From positions 480,001-544,000 of the forward strand of contig OZ219790.1 of the NCBI GenBank assembly GCA_964291215.2: a stretch of 64,000 nucleotides of DNA. Direction: 5' to 3'. The notes beneath the pieces were generated by a model. It worked only from the letters and a program-made list of their open reading frames with translations, made no database searches and was not told the origin of the DNA. The stretch is from Alphaproteobacteria bacterium. GTDB lineage: Bacteria; Pseudomonadota; Alphaproteobacteria; MPNO01; UBA830. The first letter of the stretch is position 1, and each line of letters opens with the position of its first letter. Of the stretch, positions 1 to 10,173 are shown in pieces. The position numbers and the translations under genes are program-made.

Positions 1-130
1 TGGGAAAGGACTATGGTCTTGCCGGAGCCGTTTTCGCCAACAAGCAAAACGGGTTTCGGTCGATCTCCGTCGAACGGGAAGTGGAGGTCAAGATTCCGGA
101 GCGGGCCGTAGTTTGCCAGCTGAAGCCATG

Positions 131-232
131 TCAGGTACATGTGGTCATTCCCTTGGATGGTCGGTGCTTTAGCGCCAGGTCAGCATCCGCCAAGAGGCGA
201 AAGTTCCTGACCGTGACTTTATGAAGGTGCAT
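131..232 (-). pseudogene. N-terminal remnant of an AAA/OLD-like ATP-dependent nuclease
   Basis: MHLHKVTVRNFRLLADADL resembles the N-terminal strand and NFR motif of SMC/OLD-type ATPases; it stops before any Walker A motif. Confidence 0.45.
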
Positions 233-374
233 GTGCGGGCCTGTGTGTCGGGGGATATGTGTCGGGCAGGCGAGGTCGAGTTTCCCTGAAGCTTCGAGAG
301 TACAGTTCCCAGCAGCCGAAAGCACCATGATCCAGAAGGAACCCAAGTCAGGTGCATAGCACAGACTCCACGCG

Positions 375-470
375 GCCGCACCTCAGCGGCGCGGATCGCG
401 CCTGCCGTTCGGCGAGACGCCGCTCGGGCGTACTGCCGCGGGTGTCGGCCTCGATGCCCGCCTTCGGCAG
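375..470 (-). pseudogene. IS66 transposase fragment
   Basis: IEADTRGSTPERRLAERQARSAPL is near-identical to the IS66 remnants at about 8740-8810 and 40290-40360. Confidence 0.7.
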
Positions 471-519
471 GGTGCAGGCGTTGCCCAAAACCTTCATGGT
501 CTCTGCGTTCTGAGCCGCC

Positions 520-2230
520 CCGTTTGATGAAACAGGGGCTTGGCGGCTTCTGCTGTGGCAGGGTGGCTGATGGCGGGGGCGGGGACGCGTGAGCGTGTTC
601 TTATCGGTGACGTAGTTCCCGACGCCAAAACTGCTTCCGGCGGTCGGCTCCGCACCCCGTATTGTGCCCGGCCATTGGCCGTGGACGCGCGGCAAAACGA
701 ACCGCATCCGCATGGCGGATGCGTGTCCTTCCGACCGCTGTCCCCGCCTCCACCGTAGCGATGCCACGTCGTGATCCTGTGCGACCGTGGCGAAAGGGCG
801 CAATGAGGAGAAGAGGATGAAGACGGAAGGCTTGCATGTTGTCCGGGCGCGCGCGGCGGGTCTGGACGTGCACAAGATGGAGATTACCGCGACGGTTCGC
901 CTGTGCGAGGGCGAGCCGGTGGTCGAGACGCGCTGCTTCGGCACGCCGCCCAGCGGTCTGGAGGCGATGGTCGCCTGGCTGAACGACCATGGCGTCGAGG
1001 TTGCGGTGATGGAAGGGACCGGCATCTACTGGCATGCGCCCTTCGCGGCCCTGGAAGCGGCCGGGCTCGAGGCGATCCTGGTGCACGCGCAGCAGGTGAA
1101 GCAGTTGAAGGGGCGCAAGACCGACATGACCGACAGCGTATGGCTGGCCTGCGTGTGCCAGTTCGGGCTCTGCACGCCGTCCCATGTGCCGCCCGAGCCG
1201 TTCCGGGAGTTGCGCGCCTTGAGCCGCCAGCGTCGCACCCTGGTCGGACAGCGCTCCACCGTGCGCAACCGTGTGCAGAAGATCATCGACCGCGCCGGCG
1301 TGCGCATCGGCGGCATCCTCTCCGACGTCTTCGGCCTCAACGGGCGCAAGATCCTCGACGGCCTGGCGCAGGGCGTGGAGCGCGAGGTCATTCTTGCCTC
1401 GCTCACCGGCCATGTCGCCAGCAAGCTGGAAGGGCTCGGCGAGGCGCTCTCGCTCAGCCTGGGCGACAACGAACGCTTCATGCTCGGCGACCTGCTGGCG
1501 GAGCATGACGCGCTGGAGGCGCGCATCGCCTCCTACACCGCGCAGATCGACGGGCAGATGACGCCGTGGGAGGAGCAGCTCCGTCTGCTGACCACCATCC
1601 CCGGGATCGACCGCATCGCCGCCTCGACCATCCTGATCGAGATCGGTCCCGATATCGGGGCCTTCGCCTCCAAGGAGCACTTCGCCGCCTGGGCCGGGCT
1701 GTGCCCCGGCAACAACGAGAGCGGCGGAAAGCGCCGCAACGCGCGCACCCGAAAGGGCTCCAGAACCCTGCGCGCCAGCCTCGTCGAGTGCGCCCACGGC
1801 ACCGCCCGAACCAAGGGATGCCAGTTCGAGGCCCACCACCGCGCCCTCGCCGCACGGCGCGGATACAAGCGCGCCATCGTCGCCGGCGCACACAAGATGC
1901 TGCGCATCGTCCATGTCGTCCTCAAGACCGCCACGCCCTACTACGACCGCACCGCCGACTACGACGCTCTGATGGTCAAACGCAACGCCCCGCGCTGGAT
2001 CCGAATGCTCCGACGATACGGCTACATCGCACCCGTCAACGCGCCAGAACTCAACCCCGCCTGAGCCTCCTGAAACACGCCAGCCGGCAACGCGGGACTG
2101 CTACGGGCCACATCGGGGAAGTCCAACGCTCGTCCCTGCCGCGCCGGTCTCGGCCACCGACCCCAACTCCGCAACACGGCGTTGGAACCCCTCCGCGCGC
2201 CCCTCAACCGAATCTGTTTCACGGCAACCA
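520..2230 (+). mobile_element. IS110-family element, apparently intact (ends approximate)
   Basis: Full-length transposase with about 290 bp 5' and 160 bp 3' non-coding flanks; 8-bp inverted repeat TGAAACAG (528-535) / CTGTTTCA (2214-2221). Confidence 0.75.
817..2064 (+). CDS. IS110-family DEDD recombinase/transposase
   Basis: GLDVHK, VMEGTG and KTDMTD (DEDD RuvC-like) motifs; TIPGI...AAWAGLCP.NNESGG C-terminal domain with the catalytic Ser; uninterrupted ORF with purine-rich RBS. Confidence 0.95.
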   Translation: MKTEGLHVVRARAAGLDVHKMEITATVRLCEGEPVVETRCFGTPPSGLEAMVAWLNDHGVEVAVMEGTGIYWHAPFAALEAAGLEAILVHAQQVKQLKGRKTDMTDSVWLACVCQFGLCTPSHVPPEPFRELRALSRQRRTLVGQRSTVRNRVQKIIDRAGVRIGGILSDVFGLNGRKILDGLAQGVEREVILASLTGHVASKLEGLGEALSLSLGDNERFMLGDLLAEHDALEARIASYTAQIDGQMTPWEEQLRLLTTIPGIDRIAASTILIEIGPDIGAFASKEHFAAWAGLCPGNNESGGKRRNARTRKGSRTLRASLVECAHGTARTKGCQFEAHHRALAARRGYKRAIVAGAHKMLRIVHVVLKTATPYYDRTADYDALMVKRNAPRWIRMLRRYGYIAPVNAPELNPA

Positions 2231-2303
2231 GCGAAGCCACGCTTGCTCCTTCGCCCGTCCGGTGTAAAATACACCAGATGGGTTGGGTGAGGAGTCGAAG
2301 CTC

Positions 2304-2540
2304 ATGGGTCGGCCAAGGCAGAACAAGCAGACCGCCCGGCTGAGCGTCAGCTTCGAGAAAGCGGATTATGAGCAGGTTGCCGCGATTGCCGAAGCCAACG
2401 ATGTGTCCACCGCGTGGATCATCCGGCAGGCCGTCACCGCTTATCTGGACGCTTACCGAGATTCGGCGCTTTCTTTTGATCCACGGCATGGGCAAACGCC
2501 GGAACGCGCGCCGGTAACCGAGGGAAGGCGGGGCTCGTGA
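2304..2540 (+). CDS. CopG/ribbon-helix-helix regulator
   Basis: RLSVSF...YEQVAAIAEANDVSTAWIIRQAV RHH pattern; stop overlaps the next start (GTGA). Confidence 0.75.
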   Translation: MGRPRQNKQTARLSVSFEKADYEQVAAIAEANDVSTAWIIRQAVTAYLDAYRDSALSFDPRHGQTPERAPVTEGRRGS

Positions 2541-3061
2541 GCAAAAAGAGCGATCTCCCCTTCGGCAGCGAGTTTTCGCCCTCGCAGATCGAACTACCGA
2601 AGGCGCTGGGGTTTGCGGCTCGGCATGGCGGTAATTGGCGCGCCTTCGAGGAGACCGTGCGGGAAGCCTGGTTTGAGGACCACAAGACCAGCGCCTACAA
2701 CCGCGCCAAACTCGCCAACAACACAAAGCTGGGAATGATCGCCTACGGGATTATTGACCGGGATGCAACGCTGACCCCGTTCGGCCAGGAACTCAACGAC
2801 CTGCGCAATGACGACGATGCGCTGCATGATCGATTGGCTAGGCATATCCTCCTCAACCTTCATGGAATGACCCTTGTCCAGTGTATTCGCGACATGGTCG
2901 CCGCGGGCGAGCAGGTAAACCTGACTACTCTTCGGGAGGGTCTGGCGGCCCGCGGCATCCACTATCCATCAGGCGGCAAGCATCCAAGCATGATGCGCCT
3001 GTGGCTTGCGAAGGCTGGCGTCTTCATCGGCAGTCGGTGGCAAATCAATGAAAACCGGATC
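2537..3061 (+). pseudogene. Truncated gene, probably the N-terminal part of a restriction endonuclease-like protein
   Basis: Clean ORF coupled to the RHH gene and cut at 3062 by an IS66 end (GTAACTGCTCACC); the family call is from recollection of the N-terminus SDLPFGSEFSPSQI only. Confidence 0.45.
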
Positions 3062-3739
3062 GTAACTGCTCACCCCCTGGTTCCGGCTTGATGTCGGGGT
3101 AGAGCAACGAACGGGTTTTCGTGGAGATTTGACACTGCATGCCGATTCGCTTAGTGGTGGTCATCGAGAACGACGGGGACCGCCAGTGGGCTACTTTGGA
3201 TCGAAGGCGACGAGCGGGCTGTGCCAGCTGCTTCCGGGGCTCCAGCCCCCGCATGATCTGTATATGGAAACGCATCTCGGAAGCGGCGCGCTGATGAAGC
3301 GCAAGGCCGGGTGATGGCGACGGTCAACGCGGCGCGCGAGGAGTTCGAAGCGGCCAAGACCCGGATCGCGGCGCTGCGTGCGGCCGGCAAGGTGGCGGAA
3401 GAGGCCGTGATCCGCGTCCTCGTCATCCTGCTCGACATCATCATCGTCGTCCTTCTGGAGAAGACCACGCACGAGCCGGAACTCCGGTCTGCCGCCGTCA
3501 CAGACGGACAAGAGCGTGCCGGGAGCAACGGCCCGAAGCCGAACCGGCAGATGGGCGACAACCTGCGCAAGATCATCGTCGAGGAGACGGTCGCGGCCTG
3601 CGACGCCTGCGGCGCTGACATCGACGGCCCCGTCGATCGGGAGCGCCGCGTCCTCTACGACATCGTGTTCGAGGTCGTGCCGCGCCGAGATCAAGGAATG
3701 CCCGAAGTGCAAGGCCCGGAACAACCAAGGGTATACCAA
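3062..3739 (+). mobile_element. IS66-family element B, left part (Dam-like methylase remnant plus transposase N-terminus)
   Basis: Starts GTAACTGCTCAC; highly similar to 31767-32430; zinc-finger remnant CDACG...CPKC; cut by the IS256 end. Confidence 0.8.
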
Positions 3740-6700
3740 GGGTACTGTAACTTGATGTCTGGAAATTTGTCTGAGGTTTGCGCTTTGAGGCGTTTCACTG
3801 GGGGGGGGGGGCTAGCCCTCGCATGTCACGGAAATTTTAGCTGGACAACGGTGTTTCGGCGTGGCATAAGTGTCCCATGTCACAGTCTCAGATCAGCCGC
3901 ACATTGCGGGACGAGGCAGCAGTTGCGCGGATCGCGTCGCTGCTGTCCTGTGAGCAGTTCGACAGCCGGTCGGCTCTGGGTCGTCTGCGAGGAGTTTGCC
4001 TTTGTCGACGCGCGCGGCCGTCTGCAGCTTGCCGGCTGCATGAAGGCGCTGAGGGCGCCCGGAGATCGTCCTGCCGGTGCCGAAGTCACCGACAATCGAC
4101 CGCCGGCCTCGCCTGTTGGTATCGCTGCAGAGGTTCCGGCGCGCGCATTCGGGATCTCGAGATCATCGTGGTCGGGGATCGTATTGACCGAGCGGTCACG
4201 CTGATTGCGCGTGAACACCCGCGACGACCTTCGCCGGCTGCCAATATCTCGTGGGCTCGGCGCACGGGTGGCGGGGTTTGCCGCCGCCGCGCGGCGCGGG
4301 ACCGCTGGATGGAACGACGGGCAGCGCCGGAACCACCTGCAGCGGATCGTCTGTCTGAGCCGTTTCTTGATCAGGTGCTCTGCCCGCCCAGCCATGTGCG
4401 CATCCTGCGCCGCGTGACTTCGAGGACCGTTTCGACCATGGCTCAGTTTTGCCGATGAAGGTTACCCTGCCTGCGCGCGGCCAACTTCCTGTGCAGGACC
4501 GAAGGCCGGCAGGATCGGGAGCACTGGGAGACGGTGAAGACGGTCTTCGTGGCCGAACTGGAGCGCGCAGGAAGCTGGGGAGGTCGATCATGCGCCCTCG
4601 CCGGGCGAAGGTCTGAACGACTGGGCGCAGAACGAGTTTGGAGGGGGGTGACAAGCGACTTTCTGCGCGCCTGGAGCGCCGGCCTTCTGGCGGCCGGTCA
4701 GAAGATCAATGCGTCTCCCAGCGCCGACAACACCGCGATCAATGCGTTTTACCGGATGGTCGCCCTCGGAGATCACGCCGGCGAACATTCTTGCGCCGCA
4801 CCGTGAGCGCAGCATCCGGCGCATCCGTGGCCAGAAGACGGTTCTTGCGGCACGGACCTGAACTTCTCCCGGCTGCGACGGCCTGCAGGTGAGAACCAGA
4901 CCGGGGCCTCAAGCCTGCACCTGCACGCGACCCTGGCGGTGACTGACCTGCCACTCGGGGTGCTGGGTCCGGTGAAGCCCCGGTCGCAGGAGACACGCCG
5001 CAGCTCGAGGGGTTCAAGGCGCTGCCACCCCGGCGGCAAGACGCGCGTCATCTCCGTCGGGAAGCCGACATCTTCGAGCTGTTCGACACGCGCTTGCCCC
5101 GCGTCGATCTGCGCGCCAAGCATGACAGGGTGCTGAAGGAGGGAAGGCTGTTCGCCGTCATGGCCGGCGGCCTGATTGAGATCGAGGGACTGACGGAGCA
5201 AGCCAGCCGGAAGAAGGCCCGCGCGACAGAAGCGCCTGGCGAGTTGCGGTCCGTCACCCGTGACGGGCACCGCCCCCAGCGCGAAGCCGGTGTCCCTGCA
5301 CGGGGTCAGGGAGCGCCCGAGGGTGAGGATCCCGTGGTGCCTGCTGACCACCGTGCGGGTCGGCGAAGGAGGCGGCCGACATCGTCGGCTTCTACCTTCA
5401 GCGCTGGCGAATCGAGGATTACGTGCTCAAATCCGGATGCAGGGTGGAACACCTTCTGTTCCGCACCGGCTGCAGCGGGCGATCAACGCCGTCATCGCGC
5501 ATCATGACCCTGCTCGGCCGCCAGGTGCGAGCCGCAGCTGATGTTCACCGACAGCGAACTCGCGCGACTACGCACACAAGTACGCCCTGAAGGAACCGGA
5601 GCGTCTCGCCGATGCGGTGCACCTGGTCGCCCATCTCGGCGGCTACCGCAGCACGCCCGGGTCACCAGATCATGTGGCCAGACACACCAGCGCCGCACTG
5701 GGTCACCAAATCGGCCGGGAAATCGGGTTCCGGGATGGACAAAGACACGCGTGAACACGTAAACCATTGTCAACCAGATTTGTCATGACACGGCAGGGCT
5801 AGCCCCCCAGTGAAACGCGGCGCCATCGTGCTATCCCATGGAGCTGTAAAACATTCATGGAGGAAGCGAATGGACCTGCGACACACTACGACGATCGAGG
5901 CCGTTTTGGAACATCTGATCGCAAACGGAGCAACGGATCTGGGGCGGATCTTTGGTCAGCTCTTCGAGCTTGCGATGCAAATCGAGCGCGAGCAGTACTT
6001 GAAAGCGGGCCACCGGACACCGGAACGACAGGGCTATGCCAACGGCTACAAGCGGATCGACACCCCCACTGTTACCGTTCAAGTGCCAAAGACGGCCGGT
6101 CACGGGGACGACCCCCCCAGTCGCTTGAACGCGGCCAGCGATCTTCTCGCGCCGTCATGCTGGCTGTAGCCGAGATGTACATCAAGGGTGTTTCCACGCG
6201 GCAAGATGTAATGCGCGAGTTCGGGAGCCTGTCCTCTTCTCAGGTCAGCCGGGCCACCAGGTTGCTCGATGAAGAACTCGCCGCGCAACCGGCCCCTGAT
6301 GAAATACCTGATCCTGGATGCGCGCTACGAAAAAGCCCGCCATGACGGCGTTGTGCGCGATGTTGCAGTGCTCTCGGCCATCGGAATAGGGGCTGCAGGC
6401 ACGTTCTGGGGCTCTCTGTGGCGCTCTCCGAGGCCGAGGTCCATTGGAGAGCCTTCCTGGAAAGCTTGCTAGCCCTGCATGGTACGACCTTCATCGTCTC
6501 GGATGCCGGGCTGAAAGCGGCACGACGCGCGGTGCTGGGCGCGGCGACATGGCAGCGCTGCCAATTCCACCTGGCACAAAACGCCGTGCACCGAACAACG
6601 ACATCAGGAAACGTATTGGAAAACAGCTCGGAGCCACGCCTCCTCACTCCAAGCCGCCGAGGCTGAACTGGGCGCCCTCGTGGCCAGCTATCGCGACAAG

Positions 6701-6987
6701 CATCCAGGCTTCCTGGCTGGAAAACAATGCGGGGCTCGCTGTCTTCACCTTGCCCGATGCTCACCACAAGCGTATGCGAACCTCGAACGGCATCGAGCGA
6801 CCGATCCAGCAAGAGCTCAAGCGGCGCACCTCCAAAGTCAGGGTCTTTCCGAACCTCGCCTCGTTGGAGCGCCTCTCAACCGCGGTCCTCATCGACGAAA
6901 AATGGGAAACCGAAACCAAGATCAAATGGGAACAGCTCGATGACTGACAGCTTCACGACAATTTCCAGACATCAGGTTGCGTAATCC
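3740..6987 (+). mobile_element. IS256-family element, degraded, interrupted by an IS4-family element
   Basis: Inverted repeats GGGTACTGTAACTTGATGTCTGGAAATT / AATTTCCAGACATCAGGTTGCGTAATCC; frameshifted transposase at 5870-6947 (GVSTR, LILDARYEK, WQRCQFH, RTSNGIER). Confidence 0.9.
3816..5798 (+). mobile_element. IS4-family (IS50/Tn5-like) element with N-terminal DUF4338-like region, degraded
   Basis: CTAG duplicated at 3812-3815 and 5799-5802; imperfect IRs CCCTCGCATGTCAC / TCATGACACGGCAGGG; fragments WAQNEFGG, DKRLSARL, WCLLTT, QRWRIED, KSGCRVE, VAHLGGY; upstream fragment CLSRFLI matches the DUF4338 motif. Confidence 0.75.
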
Positions 6988-7859
6988 TCAAATACGTGGC
7001 CTACTGCTCCAGCCTGAAGAAGGCGGAGATTGTCGAGGTCTATCAGAAATACTTGGACCGCTGGTCGGAAGACGCGGACGCGGTGGCGAACCTGTGCGAC
7101 TTCCTCGATGTCGAGGATCTCGACGAGGTGGTGCTGATCGCGGCGAATTTTCGAAAGGAGGTGACGACGACCGTGCTCTGGCTGATCGGCCACGGGGTGC
7201 GCGCCCAGTGCTTCCGGGTCGTGCCTTACAGCTTCGGCGAAGAGCTCTTCATCGACCTGCGGCAGATCATTCCGACGCCCGAAGCTGCGGACTACATGAT
7301 CGGCATGGCGGCCAAGGATTCCGAGGAGAAATCCGTTGAAGGAGCGCAGAGGCACAGCCATCGACTGCGGCAGGCGTTCTGGACCGGGGTGCTCGAGGAG
7401 CTCCGCACCCGGAACGTTGCACAGTTCGATAACGTCAGCCCATCGACGGATTACTACGTAAATCTCGCTGCCGGGGTGGCCGGCTGCCATTTTGCCCTCA
7501 TTTTCCTGAGAACGCAGGCACGCGTGGAACTGAATCTCCAGCGTTCCGACGCCACCGAGAACAAATGGCTGTTCGATCAGCTGAAAAGGCAGAAGCATGA
7601 ACTTGAGGGGCGGTTCGGGAACGAACTCCGGTGGCGACGGATGGATGAGCGAAAGGCAAGCAGGATCAACTATTCATGCTCCTTCGACAGCTACGATGAG
7701 AAAAATTGGCCGCGGATGACCGAGTGGATGTGCGAACACATTGTCCGACTCGTCGAGACGTTCTCCGAACCGCTCAACCATCTAAATCTGGAACTCAAAA
7801 CCAGAATTGGAACATCGCCCGATGAAGGGGACGCCACTGCATCGGCCTCGGAGGATTGA
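6988..7859 (+). pseudogene. DUF4268-domain protein (putative endonuclease-linked), 5'-truncated by IS256
   Basis: Reading frame (LKYVAYCSSL) runs back to the IS256 end without a start; IAANFRKEVTTTVLWL, LRQIIPTPEA and WRRMDERKASRI are typical of this family. Confidence 0.65.
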
Positions 7860-8197
7860 TTGCTGGGTCCAGCCATTCAGGGCAAGAACGAAAATGACGG
7901 AGAAAGGAGCGACGTGAGGGAAGCCCCATTCCGCGACTGGTTGAAGAACGAGAGGGGCTGAGCGCTCGCACTGTCAGCACTCGAAACAGCAATTGCCGAC
8001 GTGTCGAGCACCATGAGGACGATCTCGACGGTCACTACGACTCCGACGAACTGGGAAGCCTGTTGCAGCGCCTGGACCCAAGGCAACCCGGACACAGGAT
8101 TCTGATCGATGGCGACATCTACAAAGGCACGGCAACGCTGAAGAGTGCGGTCGCCCTCTATCGTGATTTCCGGAAAGGCGCCGGACGACCCGCTGCT

Positions 8198-8476
8198 TCA
8201 GGCGGTATTCCTGAGGTGCGACGGCCGAGACGGCGGCAGGGCCCGGCATTTGTTCCGGGCTTCCTCCACCGTCATCAGCGCGACCGCGCCTATGGTCGTC
8301 CGCACCATCCTGCCGTTCACGGTCCCGTGCCACACGAAGCTGCGATGCCCGGAAGGCCGGATCCGCACGCCCAGACCGGCAACCCGAATGTCCTTCACGA
8401 TGTATTCGGTACTGCCGGGCTTCAATCTTGCGACGCCTGCATCCGTCCGGCGGACCTTGCTTGCCTTGCCCGTCAT
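8198..8476 (-). pseudogene. Tyrosine integrase arm-DNA-binding N-terminal fragment
   Basis: EYIVKD.RVAGLGVRIRPSGHRSFV...RTTIG....MTVEEARNKCR arm-binding pattern; no catalytic domain follows. Confidence 0.75.
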
Positions 8477-8630
8477 GACTGCGCCCCGAGAGCAGCGGCG
8501 CCAGCGCCTCGACCGTTTCCCTGACCGTCGCGTCGGAGAGATGCGCGTATTTCAGCGTGGTCGCTGCATTCCCATGGCCCAGCAGCCAGCCCACCGTGAG
8601 GGTCGTCTCGCCGCTGGACAGCGCCATGCT
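8473..8630 (-). pseudogene. Tyrosine integrase C-terminal fragment
   Basis: LLGHGNAATTLKYAHL catalytic H..Y box; ends overlapping the start of the next integrase remnant (tandem integrases). Confidence 0.75.
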
Positions 8631-9095
8631 GGCATACTGCTGGTTCCATGCTAGGCGCCGGCTCCGCGAAATCCACGACGGCAGCGGCTCGGAGATCGCG
8701 GCCGAGGGCCTGCGCCGGATTGCCGAGCTCTACGCCATCGAGGCCGACATCCGCGGCAGCGCGCCCGAGCGGAGGCTCGCCGAACGGCAAAGCAGCAGCG
8801 CGCCCGTGTCTCGCCCAAGTCCCGGCTCGGCGAGAAACTCGCCTATATCGCCCGGCCGATCGCCCTGAACCGCAAGAACGCACTCTTCGCCGGTCACGAT
8901 GAAGGCGCCGCCGCATGGGCACGCATCGCTGATCGAGACGGCGAAACTGAACGGCATCGAACCCTACGCCTGGCAAAAGGCTACACTCGATGCCATCGCC
9001 ACCGGCCATCCAAACAGCCGGATCGATGAGCTCATGCCCTGGAACTTCAGGCCCGCGTCAAGCTGAAACCCGGGTGCCTTCCCGGCATCGCTTAC
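8625..9095 (+). mobile_element. IS66-family element C, right end with tnpC 3' remnant
   Basis: YCWFHARRR, ALNRKNALFAGHDEG and IDELMPW motifs; ends ...CCCGGCATCGCTTAC; second copy at 39878-40405. Confidence 0.85.
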
Positions 9096-9115
9096 CTTAC
9101 CGTCATGCCCTTCGG

Positions 9116-9274
9116 GCGATGGACCGTTTGTCGGCATGCGCGAGCCGGCAACGCCTCATTTCGGATCTATCCGGTCTCGGGCCGCTATCTGGAAACAGGC
9201 TTGATTTAGAGGAGGTCGAAAAAACAAGTAAAATCAAGTCTGTATAGAAGGTTCAAAATATTTCACCTCATTGG
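9116..9274. repeat. ~160-bp non-coding repeat, copy 1
   Basis: 9116-9207 matches 57662-57753 with one mismatch; looser similarity continues through GGTTCAAAATAT...CATTGG. Confidence 0.9.
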
Positions 9275-9709
9275 GGGCAAGCAGGCATTCGACAGTCCTG
9301 CGCCTTCGTCGGCTCCCGAGTGCTGCGGCGACAAACCGGCTCCCGTCCGTTGGCTCAGTGACCGCCCGTCCTCGGCAAGTGCGCGGCACGCTGTTGCAAG
9401 CGAGTGTTCGTCCTGTGGCGAACCATCTCGCCGGTGGTGAGGTCGCGGCCGTAACAGCGGTATGCGACCTCGGCCACCCAATTCCGCCGTTGCTCCGAAT
9501 TCACTGACCATGGCAGCGATGGGAAAGGGACGTCAGGTTACGTCTTGGCAGACCAAGTCCTGATTTTTGCAGATGGCCGAACCACATCTCAATGCGGATT
9601 TTCAGATGTCTCCTGCTCATGATGACCCTGAGGTCATCTTCGGTCGCAATGAACTCGGGCTCTGTCCTGTTGTGCTTCGTCAAGAGCGAAAGGATCCTGT
9701 TGCGCATCC

Positions 9710-10171
9710 CCATGACCTCCGCCCCCACATCCTCTCGCTCGTCCGCAAGCGGCTGCCCGGGAACTGGACCGCGCGCTACGGCAACACGCCCGTGCTCTGC
9801 GAGACCTTGGTCGAGGTCTCGCGCCGCGGCGTCTGCCGGGCCGCGGGCCGGATCCGCGTCGGAACAACCAGGGCGCGCGGCCGCCACGACCGACACAACA
9901 GAAGCCGAAGAAGGACATCTGGCCCGCTCCACAAGGACTGGAAGCGGACCCTCAATCGCTGAACCCTGCAACCGGCACAGGATGGCGCTCAGCTCCTCCT
10001 CCGCAGCGTTGGGACAAAACGCAACCAATGCCGAAAACACGGCATGGCGCCAGTGCCCCTCACCGCGCATCACGGTGCACGAAACCGCTCCGGGTGACGC
10101 TGGAACTCCCTGACAAAAGCCCGTCAAACGGACGAAAACAACAACACCTCACCGCACGAACGAACGCTTAC
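9710..10171 (+). mobile_element. IS66-family element A, right end with DUF4338 3' remnant
   Basis: PHILSLVRKRLPGNWTARY...KDWKRTLNR matches the 56704-57576 protein; ends CACCGCACGAACGAACGCTTAC. Confidence 0.85.
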
Positions 10172-10173
10172 TC

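Noticed and set aside
601-1914. Long antisense or overlapping ORFs (also 14138-15508, 17653-19233, 44681-46600, 61133-62575)
   Set aside because: Shadow frames of real GC-rich genes, with no motifs.
7900-8200. Fragmentary plus-strand coding remnant (...IDGDIYKGTATLKSAVALYRDFR)
   Set aside because: It looks coding but is frameshifted, and I cannot assign a family.
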